NCBI GenBank assembly: GCA_965649765.1
Contig: OZ287752.1
Location: forward strand, 35,898,001 to 35,962,000
Direction: 5' to 3'
Origin: Bispira polyomma
Taxonomy: Eukaryota
DNA length: 64,000 nucleotides
Below, in pieces: positions 37,779 through 50,925 of the stretch; position 1 is the stretch's first letter, and each line of letters opens with the position of its first letter. Under the pieces are notes generated by a model, which was not told where the DNA came from, ran no database searches, and saw only the letters and a program-made list of their open reading frames with translations. The translations under genes and the position numbers were made by a program.

Positions 37779-40086
37779 ATAGCTTATCTTTTTCTCACAC
37801 TTCCGAACTATGAGCAATATAATGTGAGAAGTTACTTTTGATAGCTTCACTGTGAGGGTTTAATTAATGACTTCACAGACAAAGCCATGTCATGCGTTAG
37901 CACACAAACAACAGACACATGCAGCAGATAGCAGAGCAATCTGGGGCCAGTTGGAAAACTTTCATCCAGTTGGGGCACGGGATGACAAGCAGGTATTCTT
38001 TAGGTGTTACATAGAATAAATAGTCCCTAAACTACAACTAGAAAAGGTTTTTCATTCCATTCATTTTCATTGCTTGCACTGGTTTAATATTATTATGAGT
38101 TTAACATTGCTTTCAACATGAAGAGCACTTTTAGTGCTAATGGAACCCAGTATGTACAAATTGGTCACTATTCTACACTGTAAACCAGCGACCATCTGCA
38201 AGCTATATATAAATGACCTCCCCATCCTAAAAAGCTTGTCAGCCCATATTGATGGTTACTTATAGCACACTGATAATTGTATCTGGTATTATATATATTG
38301 TAGTAGATATGGTATTATACATCAATATCACAATATTCATTAAACCTGGACCGACGTATTGATATTGAAATTGTTGGATGATATATCAATATCTAACAAA
38401 TACCTTTCGTAACCACAAATAATTTAATATTTTGACTTTTTATATAGTTTAATTGCTAAACAAAGCAATTTGTTACACTTTTAAATTTGTTTACATTTAT
38501 CGCCATGTTTACAAGAAGTGGTATGTACATTAACAGTACATACTAAATGTCAAATATTTGAAGCTAAACAAATTCTGATATTTGAACCAACTGATAAAAA
38601 AATATAACTATTAAAAAATGCCATTTTATACCCATAGCTATATTGTCGTCATTGTTTATACCATGGTGTGCATATTTAGACACCTTCAGTTTCACCACTT
38701 AAGTATTATTGTGCATTTTTAATGCGCTTTATTGATGCTAGACAGCTTCTAAAGCGCAATAGTAGAATCAGTGATCCAATCGTTAATTCGTTCAATCGTT
38801 AATGCATGAAAACACTTCTATCAACCCGAACAAAGATATTTTATATGGCATTATAACTGATTAATTTGCATATATGTGTTGTAATTCACAGAGGATATGG
38901 GAGATAAATAGTATATCCCTCCTAATAAGTCATTAATTAGAACTACCATTCCAATAAAAAATTGAAGTGACACCGCTTTGTCATTTTAGCCCCCTTGTCA
39001 TTCACAGACCTTGTCAGTTTTGTCCATATTTGACATGCATTCTATCCTGTGTATATTTAGACTTCGTAATATGTTGTCGTCAGCCAATTTATATTTAACA
39101 TAACTCTTTATTAATGATGTGTACCTGTAAACTATCACAGAGAGTGCTTATTGTTACCAACACCAGATATTTAAAAATAGCCAAAATGCTTTGGGGAGAC
39201 ATTTTGTGCTGTTTACGGTGGCAATACTTTTCCACCTGTTCCCCCGACGTAATCTTCACAGAGAGGCAGATCAGAATCATATGGATTTGTTGGGCTCAGT
39301 TATTGTTATTGATTGAGCAATAGCCCCTGTAGGAAAAAAAAGCCAATATGTGCTCCTGGTTAGTGACTTCAATGTAATGTTGACACTGTTCACCTGCTGT
39401 CTTGTGAATAGTATAGACACAGAACTGTATTATATGTATAAATCTTAGTGGGTCCCATTGTTCAAATATATATTATATCAGTGGCTAAATAGATCTATTG
39501 AAGTGGTACACATAAGTCAGAAATAAATAGTGTGTTCTAATATGTACACGTAAGAGGGAGAGAGAGTCTATTAAGTCAGGGATTGTGTGTTTACCTTTCA
39601 CTGCTGACATTTTGAGTAAATAGACACAGACTTATATGGGGTGACATTTGTCAGAATGACAGGAATATTTTTATAATGTAGTGTTGTTGTGGTGGTGGTT
39701 TATGGTTAAAGACACACATCAAATTAGTATAGTTGCGTCACCATAGATATTGACAGCTCTCCTTTATAACGGAGATACAGCGTGTATTATTTACTGGGGA
39801 AATTACAGTAACATTTTCACAAACAAACAGGTGGATTATATTTCTATGTAAGTTCAGATTGTATGGGGTTTGTGTGAATATATTTATTAAAAATCATGAG
39901 GTTACAAGCTGATAACTAACAGCTAGTGTGGCATGCACTAGTAGGATAGACTGGTGATCAGATGAAGACTTAAAAATCATGTAAAAAGCCAGTAGTGTTA
40001 ACTATAGGACAATTTATTTTTAATATTTACCATTGATAATTGTATTAGCTGATATATTGTATAAAACAGGCCCATTTATATATGGT

Positions 40087-40276
40087 AATTACATCATTGG
40101 CCTAAGACATACCAGTGTTGGTGATATTTCGACTTGTCTAGGGAAGTCCACAATCTGGAATAGACTTATACATGTCAATTACAGCACTGGCCTAAGACAT
40201 ACAGGTGTGGGTGCTTGCTGGACTTGCCTTTCAAAGTCTACAATCTGGAATGGACTTACACATGTTAATTACATCA
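40087..40276. repeat. 90-bp tandem duplication (2+ diverged copies)
   Basis: aattaca...ggcctaagacatac...caatctggaat.gactta.acatgt with starts at 40087, 40177 and 40267. Confidence 0.85.
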
Positions 40277-40750
40277 CGGACATACTAGTGATAGTTGCCT
40301 CTCAAAGTCCAACAAGGGGGCCATGATGACTCAGACCAGATTGAACTCTCAGGGAGGTACTCCATTTGTTCAGTACTGTCAACCTGATGGATTTCATAAA
40401 GCCTCAAAGAACTGGAGAGTCAACACAGGTGAGATAGTTTAAGTGGTGGTTCCATATTTAAGTTCAATCTGCAAAATGGGCGCCGATTTTGAGATCAGGG
40501 CTGTCGTGGTCAAAATGGCGGCAAAATAAAAGTGTAGGTCGACCTTGCAGATCAAACTGATTGCATCCTGTTTTGAAAGGACACTAACAACAGTGAAACT
40601 TGAAGTCCATACTAAAACTGCCCCGACCTTCCTGACCAAGGTATGGATCGAACTTACTGGTAATAGGATCTGACGTATTGTAATATTAATAATATTAACA
40701 GTATTTAATGTGCTAATCTATCTGAAGATAATCACTAACACTACAATAGA

Positions 40751-42895
40751 TTAGATTACTCCTCTGTAAGCTTCATTGAACAAAATTGTTTTAATAGCAC
40801 ATTTAAAAGTTGAAAGTTCTTTAATCATCCTGGTGTCATTTGGTAAACTGTTCCATAACTTTGGAACACTGTATGAAAATGATCGATCCCCAATGGTTTT
40901 GTAGAGGGATTTTGGTATCATTAATAGGTAATCACTACTTGATCGTAAGGCCCTTGATGGTCTGTATAAGCTTAGCATATCCCTGATGTATTGTGGTGCA
41001 AGTCCATTTAAGGCCTTAAATGTAAGCAACCAAATTTTAAACTTAATTCTTTGCTGTATAGGCAACCAATGTAGTTCATAGCAAATGTAAGAGATGTGAC
41101 ACTGTTTTGGGGTGATCACTCTAGCAGCATTATGTAATATCCTCTGCAGTCTGTTCAGATGATAGCTGGGAAGTCCAAACAAAAGAGAGTTGGCATACTC
41201 CAATCTGGAGGTAATCAAGGAGTGGACTAAAGGAGAACAAGCATCTTTGGTTATAAACTTTCGACTTTTTCCAATGTTTCTCAGGTGAAAGCTTGTGGAC
41301 CTGCATATTGAAGATATTTGGTCAGTCATGCACATAAATTCATCAAAAATCGCACCAATGTTTCTTGCACTGCTTGTTGTTTTGACTAAAGCATTTCCAA
41401 AAGTAACAGTCTCAACTGGGAGTTTTTTCTTCAGATATGGAGATTTTAATAAAAGGACCTCCGTTTTATCCTTATTTAGTTTTAATTTATTTACTGACAT
41501 CCATTGACTTATTTCAGTGACACAATTCTTTACTCTTTCCACAGCATCAGATAGAGTGGTTCCGCAGGTAAGTTCAAAGGCAATATAAAGTTGGGTGTCA
41601 TCGGCATAGAAGTGGTACTGCAGTTTATGTTTGCGAATTATGTCTCCTAACGGAAATGTGTACACAGTATACTCAATAGGACCAAGAATAGAGCCTTGTG
41701 GAACACCAAATAGCAGTGATCTAGTTTCAGATGTATGGCCATCTATGAGCACAGCCTGGGTACGGTGTTGTAGATAGGACGTAAACCAGTCCAGAGCAAT
41801 GGATTTGATGCCTAAACGTGTTTCAAGTCTCTTTCTCATTTTATCATGGTCTATGGTATCGAAAGCAGCACTCAGGTCCAAAAGTACAAGAAGTACACCT
41901 TTTTTGGAGTCGAGATCTCTCAGAATATCATTATAAACCTTGACAAGAGCTGTTTCGGTACTGTGACTTTTCCTGTATGCGGATTTAAGAGGTTCATACA
42001 GTTGGTTGTTGTTGATATGTGCCACTAACCTATTACAAATTGCTTTCTCAACAACTTTGGACGGAAATGGAAGATTGCTGACAGATCTGTAATTCTTCAA
42101 AACATCTTGATCAAGATTAGGTTTTTTCAAAAGTAGCTTGACTAGAGCGTGCTTTAAGCTTGTAGGGAATTGACCAGTTTCCATAGATAGGTTAACGATT
42201 TTTGTTATAATGTTCAAAAGTGGAGACCAGGGTTAACACATTGTTTTAGGCATAGGATCTGTAGCAGTGGTAGAATTTTAAGTGAAACTGATGATCTTTA
42301 AAATTTCTGCTTCATCTGCAGTTCTGAATGAAAACATTTGATTTCTCACTTCTTCCTCTTCCACTTCCACATTATCTGTTGTGGTAGCTTCTACATCAAG
42401 TTTTGAACGAATGTCCTTTATCTTCTGTATAAAGAAATTATTGAAAACTTCTGTTATGTCTGAACAAGAATCGTTATTTGGCAGTTTAAGTCTTGGTTTA
42501 TTTTGCAGTAGATGGGATACAACATTATATAGCTTCTTTTGATCTCCATGACAATCTTCTATGATATTTTGAAAGTGTGATTCTTTTGATTGTCGAATAA
42601 GTTGAAAACATTTATTTCGTAGATCTTTAAAAATTTGTCTATCAATTTCGAGTTTGGTTCGACGCCACTTTTGTTCTGCCTTCCTTTTTTCTGATAAAGC
42701 CTTTTTAATTCCTGTTGTCCACCATGGTTTTATATCTCGGAGAGTTATTAAACATGTTTTAGATGGTGCATGCTTTTGTAGTATTTCAGAAAGTGTGGAG
42801 TTGTACTGATCGATTAAATGTTCTAGGTCATCTGATGGTGAGGTGACTAACTGTGACAGATTTATATCCTCACATAATAAATCATAGTTGATGTT
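40751..42895 (-). mobile_element. 5'-truncated LINE (L2/CR1 group) ORF2, RT largely intact, disrupted at ~42220-42280
   Basis: KNYRSVSNLPF, HSTETAL, LLDLSAAFDT, GVPQGSILGP, YADDTQLY, HWLPI, GDRSFS..PKLWNSLP; no endonuclease domain or ORF1 present. Confidence 0.95.
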
Positions 42896-45800
42896 TTGCC
42901 CTAGGATCGAACGTATCGCCATTAGAATCAGACGGATCCATATCTCCAACCATCACGTTTGAATGTCTAAAAATAAAAGTCGGGACTGTTATGGTAAAAT
43001 CACTGACAAAAGGTCTTATATTCTTCTCGACCACCCCTTTTGCCTCGTTTTTGGCCTCCAACCTATACGTTTTAATCGGCCAGTGTTAGGACAGAGCTGA
43101 GGTGAGATAACACCTATCAAACAGAACTTAATGACAATCCGATCGAACTTATTCATAGCAGCCGACCTTCCCGTTTTTACAGGTTGGGGAGGTAAGTTGG
43201 TGTACTTTTAAAAAATATCAAACATGTTGAATATCCTTCCCAACCACCGCGACCACCCTGTTTTTGCCACCAGATCTATACGGACAATATTCAAAAATAA
43301 TTGTGAGATTATATTTTAAAATTTTTTTTTACATAGGAAACTTTCCTTCAGATATAAATATTTGAAGAGCTTTAAGTCACGGTAGCGTGGATTGAAGTTT
43401 TACCCTTTTTTCCACGGCGTCGTAAAAAGAGGAAAATATATACAGCATAATAATATTACGTAATAAGATATTTAATAAAGCATTTATTAAATTTTTTTAC
43501 TTTACACTACGGTATCCTTTGATTTTAGTCAATTTTATTATTTTACCGACAGACATAATTATAGTAATTTTTGGGGACGTGAAGCACGTATATACGAGCG
43601 ACAATGGAAGAATTTAATGCATATTAGGCAATCTATCATCGTGGAAAGCACCCCGAAGTACCAACATCCGTATAACGATATTTAGCTGTCTGACCTTTGA
43701 CTCTGCAAGAATCGCCAGCATATATTTTATCCCTTTAATAGTCGAATTAAGTCTTAAATCTACATAATCTTGTTTGTATCTTGAAGCATATAACTTATTT
43801 TGACGTATAAAGCTATGAATTGCTGATTATTTATTAATAACTCAGAAATTACTGAAGGTAAAAATTAAGTGAAACTATGGTAAAAAAGCTTATTTCATTG
43901 CAATTATTGTACTTTTGTTGCATCAAAATTCGTGAAGAAATGAGATATTTTAATTCAAATACAAGAACCCTTTTAAATAGTGGTGGCGTTTTGGAGGTGG
44001 CGTTTTCGTTTGATGGCTTTCCGACTGGTATCTATATTACCCTATATCTACACATAAAGCTCTTCGATAAATATTAGTTCAACTATGGCCAGACAATTGT
44101 ATTGTTTGATTCGTTTGATTATACATGAAAACTGGACCATATAATAATATTCACAACCATCTTATTTACAATTATCGATAATTTATTTAAAAGGTATAAC
44201 AACATTCATTGTTCAAGTAATTTGTTTATTTTTTTGTTCTTCCTGAGATGTTGATTTCTCACAGCAAGATCATAATAGAAGTTGCTGTGTCTCCTTAAAT
44301 CTTTGACATTAGTACAATTTTTAAATGGCTCTAGTGTCCACATTTGTCACATTGTCCCAAGTTGATGAATTGCATGACTGAATATGGACCCTTTGGTTTT
44401 GGTGTTAATTGTCTGCAACAAAAGCAACAAAGCTAATTCTCATCAAATGTAGAATGTGCACTATAATCTCCAGAACTGTTAGAGTTGTCCCGAACCAAGT
44501 TCATATGTGAAGAATACGGGTGATTGATATTTAACCTTGGCAATGGTACATTTACTTCACCTTTTTGTGAGCTTGATTTTTCTACCAAAGACTTGCTTAC
44601 TGAGGTGGTTGCTTTTGACTTTACTCGTAATCCGACATGCTAGAAATACTAGCAAATCTTTATCTTCAGTTATACATATTTCCCTCATACATTTTTACTC
44701 AAAGTGCTAGAGAACATTATGACTGGCTATAATTTTGTAAATGTTCTTGGAGCTGTTTCCAGCAGAACATTCTACTTGTCTACTGAAGTGGTTCACCGAC
44801 TCAATCAAAGGCTGCAAGATTTTTATCGAGATTTTCTTTGCTGTTTTTAGTTTCATATGTGGTTTTCATTTTACTTTATATTTTAAAAAGGGCTATTTTG
44901 TATTTCATCAAAGGCATTAGGGTTTTATGGAAATATTCTCATTTTTTTCTGAATGACAACTGCAGCTTCTGGTGTGAGAGTACCATACGACTTTGATGCA
45001 ATCTCAGCCATGTTCAACTTTCTAATAACTTGGCCACGGTCTTTAACCAAGAATGGGATGGACTGTTTAATATTTTTTGCAATACAGCCCAACCTAGTAG
45101 GTGTAATGACCTGTGGAGCTTTTACTTGTTTCTAGTTTATACGTTCATTATAATATGTTGCTATAACAACTGCATCAGATCCTGAGCCCTAACATTTTGC
45201 CAAATAATGGAGTCGAAATTTTGTGTTCAGATACATATTTGCATGCTTTAGATAATTTACACACTACATATATTTTGGGGCATATGAAATGCACACCATA
45301 TTAAACATTAAGCTGCATTGAAAACTGAACCCATATATTTACTATCTTTGTTGGACTTTTTTGTTTTAGTTTTTTTCTGTAAGATCAAATAGATAACAAT
45401 GAAACTATCCGTTTTGTTTCCTCTTTTGCAAATAGTTCAAACCAGCATATTTTGCACCAAAAGCCCAAATGGTCTTTAAATACAATATATGTTTGTTAAA
45501 ACACCTTTTACACCAATTTTACTATAATATAGACGGAAATAGCAGTATTATCACAAAACTGTAATAGCCAATACTCATTTATTTAAAAAACAACAACATT
45601 TTTATCATGACTATTTTAAGTCTGCAAAACCAGAAACTTAATTTTATTACCAATATACTGTGACGGATCCGAGCGGCTGTGATCTCACAAACTGGTAACG
45701 GTGTTCACAACTAACGTCAGATTTCTTGTGACACCCAAGGCTCTTAGGCCTTATCACCTGCGCAGGAATTTAACCGGATTCACTGCTGAATCCCAACAGA

Positions 45801-46348
45801 GCAGGCAGTACAGTCTGCTCTTTCTCAGCCCTTCCCAGGACGTCTCCTAGTACTCAGCTGACAGATTCACAACAGTAAAGTTGAATCTTAAACAGGAGGC
45901 AATAGCACTCCAACAACTGGATTCACTGCTGAATCACAAGACGTGGCAGCTACACCATGCAGAGGGACCAGACGATTCAGTTGCCGGCTCCAGCCAACAT
46001 ACAGCTTCTCCAAAGGATGTAGGCCACAGAGTTTAAGACTATATTTTAAATATTCTATCAACAAAAAGTGTAACATAGGGGAAATAGAATAAGCAAGCAA
46101 AGAGACAATTATCTCAAACAATAACTTTATTAAGGTATATAATAAATGAATGGATATTCAATACACAAGTACATATAATTATAAAACATGACCAATCAGT
46201 TAATATTCACTACTTGGACATTCTACTATGTGGCTTATACTAGTGGCTATTTAATTGAAACCTCAGCCTAAACTGGCAAATACAGGAGTTATCTGACATT
46301 AGGGCTACATGGATATCCACCTATACTGAGGCTATTAGGACTATATGG

Positions 46349-46905
46349 GCGGCTACAGATCCTAATAAGTCTATATTTAATATATGGAAAATATTGGCAG
46401 CTATTGGCGGCTATAAGATGGCTATTGGCGGCTATAGGGTGGCTACTTGGGCCTTAGCCTCTAGGTAATATAAAACCTATATAGGCGGCTGCTGGCGGCT
46501 TCTAGCGGCTGTTGGCGGCTATGGGCGGCTGTTGGGCAGCTACAGGTCTTAATAAGTTTATATTTAATATATGGAGAATATTGGCGGCTACTGGCGGCTA
46601 TAGGATGGCTATTGGCAGCTATAGGGCGGCTACTTGGGCCTTAGCCTCTACTAGGTAATATAAAACCTATATGGGCGGCTGCTGGCGGCTACTAGCGGCT
46701 ATGGGCGGCTGTTGGGCAGCTACAGGTCTTAATAAGTCTATATTTAATATATGGAGAATATTGGCGGCTACTGGTGGCTATAGAATGGCTATTGGCGGCT
46801 ATAGGGTGGCTACTTGGGTCTTAGCCTATACTACGGAATATTAGACCTATATGGCCGGCTGTTGGCGGCTACTAGCGGCTGTTGGAGGCTATGGGTGGCT
46901 ATTGG
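46349..46905. repeat. ~180-187-bp tandem repeat (3 copies) built from ~10-bp ggcggctaYt subrepeats
   Basis: taataagtYtatatttaatatatggaRaatattggc recurs at ~46363, ~46550 and ~46730. Confidence 0.93.
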
Positions 46906-47609
46906 TTCTGATAAGTCAATATTCAATTGTTGAATACCTAACTTATCTAGCAGTTTTGTATCTGGGCATATCTAGCCAAGTGATCTGTTATATTTAGTTG
47001 TAGAAAGACTGTTTCACAGCCATTAGTGGTGGAATAAAGGGCATTACTCATTTCAATAAGATTCATAACATTTCCTGCAGCTAAAAGTAGATTTTAAGGC
47101 AGTTTTAGGGTGGGCGATATACGCGGAGAATAAATATTTTCCGCCAAAATACCTGACGTCACAATTTACACTGAAACTGAGTAAGAATTATCAAATATGG
47201 CCCTAAAATCCCCATAATGCTTAAATACTTGTTTGTAAAACTAGTATTAGTAGATATTTAACATTTTACAGCACCAACGGTCATTTTATTTATTACAATT
47301 ATGTGATTATCGGCAAAATACCCAATTTTCGCCGGTTCTACTACGACAATGACCGTTTACGAAATTTGCAAAGTTCGGACCGCTACAATACTTACTAAAT
47401 TAAAATATTTTTTATAATAAGAATCAAATACCAATTTTTTTTTTTTAATTTGTGTATACCTCGTATTTTTAAAAAACCTTCTTTGAAAGTGTTTTAATAA
47501 ATGTTCAGAAAATAATTGTATGGGTAAAATATTGGCAAGGAGCTCCAAAAATTATCCTACGAATGAGTATTCTTGATTAAATACCTATGATCTGCATTAT
47601 GTTCCACAG

Positions 47610-48035
47610 GTTTCAAAAAGCTTCAGAAGAGAATTGAAGACAGACAAAGAAGTGGAAAAACCCAGATCTTAAACAAACCACTACCAGTTTTAACCGCCCC
47701 TTCCAGAAAATCAGGGGGGCTGACGTCATCAAGACTACAAGGGGAATCTGCGTCAGCCGTGACGTTGAGACCGCACAATGACGTCACAGAAACCGACGCC
47801 AAGCGAAAAGACTCCGCCGGAAAGAACGTTCAGTCAAGGTCCATGTTATGGCGTAGCGTGACGACTTCGGGTAGTAAAACACGTGACTTGAGTAAACGGG
47901 AAGGCCCCAGTGAATTCAGTACAAGTCTCCAGTATGAACTGTATAGGACATCTAACAATGGACTCGCCAGGATATCAGCAAGGATGAAAAAGAATGCATT
48001 TAGACTGCCTTCCCAAGCTAGTTTGGATTTCTCTG
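47610..48035 (+). CDS. Internal coding exon (426 bp, phase 1-1) of an unrecognised basic Ser/Arg/Lys-rich protein
   Basis: Acceptor gttccacag at 47609, stop-free frame GFKKLQKRIEDRQRSGK...ASLDFS, donor CTG|GTATGT at 48036; GC/CpG-richer than flanks. Confidence 0.7.
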
Positions 48036-48270
48036 GTATGTATAATAATTTTTAAAACCCCAACTTGGTGCAGTCGCGGGAAACGTATGACACATATTCA
48101 ATTCGTATTTGATTTAAAGGACGGCAGTAAAACGAACTATATATCCAAATAATATTAAAAGCGAGAAGAATGATAACGAGACAGGTTTACAAATTTAAAA
48201 ACAAAATGAACGAGAATGAAACAGGTTTAAAAACGTGGCTAACGAGGCTAACAAATTTTTAAAATCTGGC

Positions 48271-48822
48271 TTATGTCCTGGTCCCACCGGACGTCACGTT
48301 AGGAGTCGTTTGAAAATTAATTTGCGTAGGTTTTGCATGGTATTTGCAGGAGCTGACGTAACATACATAAACATACATAACCTGGTGTGAGAGATGAGAT
48401 GGAAGAAATTTGTAATTTCAAACTGTTTGAAATTTGGACACGCATTGACGTACTTAAATAGGAATTTTAGCATGAGCATTGTGACAGTTTGCGTAGTGTA
48501 ATGGCTATGTGCGTCACAATGCATCAGTGATGTGGTTTGAAGTAGTCAAACGTACCTAAACGTCACAAATGACAGCCTTTTATTGGTGTACTCATACATG
48601 TAATACGGGGGTTCAAATACATACTTGGACGTGAACTTATGCATCCCTTGCGAGACTGTACAGCTTTTGACGTACTAATACATGAAATTTAACATCTGTT
48701 GACGCCTTTAACGTTGAGAAAATTACTAATTTCGAGTTTTGCATGATGTTTTGCATCAAATATTTTACAAGGCCATGCGTGACTTACATATCCTAACGTA
48801 AATCTGGTGGGACTGGCCCATA
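48271..48822. mobile_element. MITE-like element with imperfect TIRs
   Basis: ttatgtcctggtcccaccgga ... tctggtgggactggcccataa; outer TTA/TAA trinucleotides are compatible with the Harbinger superfamily. Confidence 0.45.
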
Positions 48823-49549
48823 ACGAGTCAAACATAATTTAAACGGCTATTAAAACGTATTATATGCCTGTATAAATGTGTACAGATGCGTACTAAACAT
48901 GTACAAAACGGCCCATACATTGATTTTTTGCTACATTCGCCGAATTACCCACGTTTTTTCACTTCGTTTTCTCCTGTTTACGGAAATTAAAACGTAACGC
49001 GTGACCACAGCATAAAGCTTAAATATTAGTAGCTGTGTATTCTCACAAGATCTAAAGCTCAAAATTTATCTGAAGTCTCCAAATATTGCTGGGCCAGAAT
49101 GCAGTTTGCCGGTACAAATGTGACATCACTATAACCTACTTCAAAATTTTAACAAGGAGTTATAGAAATTGTTTCTTTCTAACTCTCACAATTTATCTAC
49201 GAATGCTGAATTTGTTCTCATTTGTGTAATACTTGCTTTGTAAAGGATACTTTTAAGCTACATATATTGTTTCCACCATTTTGAAAAAAACATTAATGAA
49301 CAAACGTAATTGGCACCGGCAGAATGCAGTTTGCTATTTTAAGATGGGGGGGGGGGGGGGAGGGGGGGGCAAAGTAATGTATTGCTAAATCATTGTAGAC
49401 TATTTCTTTATAAATGCAATAAAATATATGTTATTGCTTAACTTTATCTTACTTGTGTACAATTTGCTTTGAAAAGTGCATTTGCTCCGGTATAAGTCAG
49501 TTTCTTTTCTAAGACCAACACCAAAGCTTCACTTAAATATATCTAGAAC

Positions 49550-49720
49550 AACGGTGGTGTAGATGTAGCACTCCTGTCTCCGACCTCCAATCAGGGTTTG
49601 ATTCTCGTCCATTACATGAATGTGGGGAAGTATATAGTAGACCTGCTGAATGTTGGTGGTTTGCAATGCAGAAAACCATAACCAACTACCCTTGTTACCA
49701 GACATAGTTGTTGAAAAAAA
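49550..49720 (+). mobile_element. SINE copy
   Basis: ggtggtgtag head, gggtttgattctc, atgtggggaag...gtagacctgctgaa block shared with other copies. Confidence 0.55.
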
Positions 49721-50587
49721 AAAACAGTTATACTAGAAAAAACCTTTTTTTATGCATCTGTATTGTTTGTACATTAATTGATACATTTACGGGTCACTTT
49801 TCATTTTGTAAACAACAAATATTTTTGCCACTGGAAATGACATACCGGAAAGGCCAACTTCTATCTTAGGAAGAATTAAATTTTTGGCCGAAAAATAAAA
49901 GAATACATTTATTGTTATGCAAATACACAACATATCAACACATCCATAAACAATATAGTAGACTACTGTGATTGAGACATGGAACTTTATATATTTCTAT
50001 ACCTAGAAAGTAAAATAACAGAACTAATACAAGTGGACTTGTCATTCAACTAGAGGTTTGAAATCTAAACACTAGTGTAATAAATGGGTGCATTGTAGAC
50101 CCAAGAACAATAAGTTGGGCATTTTTGTACAAAAGCTTCTGGACGGATTTATGCCTCCGCCAAAAAGGAGTATTTGTTTTCACCAGTATTGGTTTGGTGT
50201 TATTCATCCATTAAATGTGAGCGACAAAAGTATCCATATTATTTTCAATTTTGGCACTGTGATGAATGGATGTGTTTATTTTAACTTTTTAAGTATAATT
50301 TGGGAATGGGTTGATGTGTTAAAAGTGAACAATCTTTTTAAACTGAAAGATGAAAAAATCTTTTTTTTCTATATTTAAAAGTAGCCAATTTGGTACATTT
50401 GTATAAAGCTACATAATTATATTTTATGCTTGAAACATGTACCATTTCAAGAATATGCTTACATATATTTTTGGATAAAATACTATGTAAAGCTAGCCCA
50501 AAAAAATCATTGAACTATTTTTACACCTCTCGTAAGTAATATGTATTAATAATATATTATTTGGGTATAATTATTTCATTATTACAG

Positions 50588-50925
50588 ATTCACTCTCTTT
50601 CGAAAACAACTACCCTGAAAAGTGTTCTGAGCAACAAACTCCACCGAAACTCCCGGTGATCGCCAAGCCAAACCCAGTACTTCTGAAAACAGAAGTAGCC
50701 AAGCTGGATTCCTGTTATGACTCGGACTTTGAAGAGGAACTCGAGGAGCGCATTATAAAATGGATCGCCAATTGTAAACTGTGGGATACCTTTGACGGAA
50801 GGCCTTATAATGACCTAGATAAAAAGCAGCGAAAAAGTAGTTCCAAAAACCATGTGACCTCGACACCTCGCTCTAAAGTCACGGACACATCACATGGTTT
50901 AGACAGAAGTAACACGTGTTTATAA
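50588..50925 (+). CDS. Terminal coding exon of the same unrecognised gene
   Basis: Acceptor tttcattattacag at 50587, phase 1 matching the donor at 48035; open frame DSLSFENNYPEKC...EEELEERIIKWIANCKLW...NTCL* followed by AT-rich UTR-like sequence. Confidence 0.7.

Noticed and set aside
47154-47786. Cluster of TGACGTCA (CRE) palindromes as a cAMP-responsive promoter
   Set aside because: Two of the three lie inside a predicted coding exon and one at a putative repeat end; no other promoter evidence
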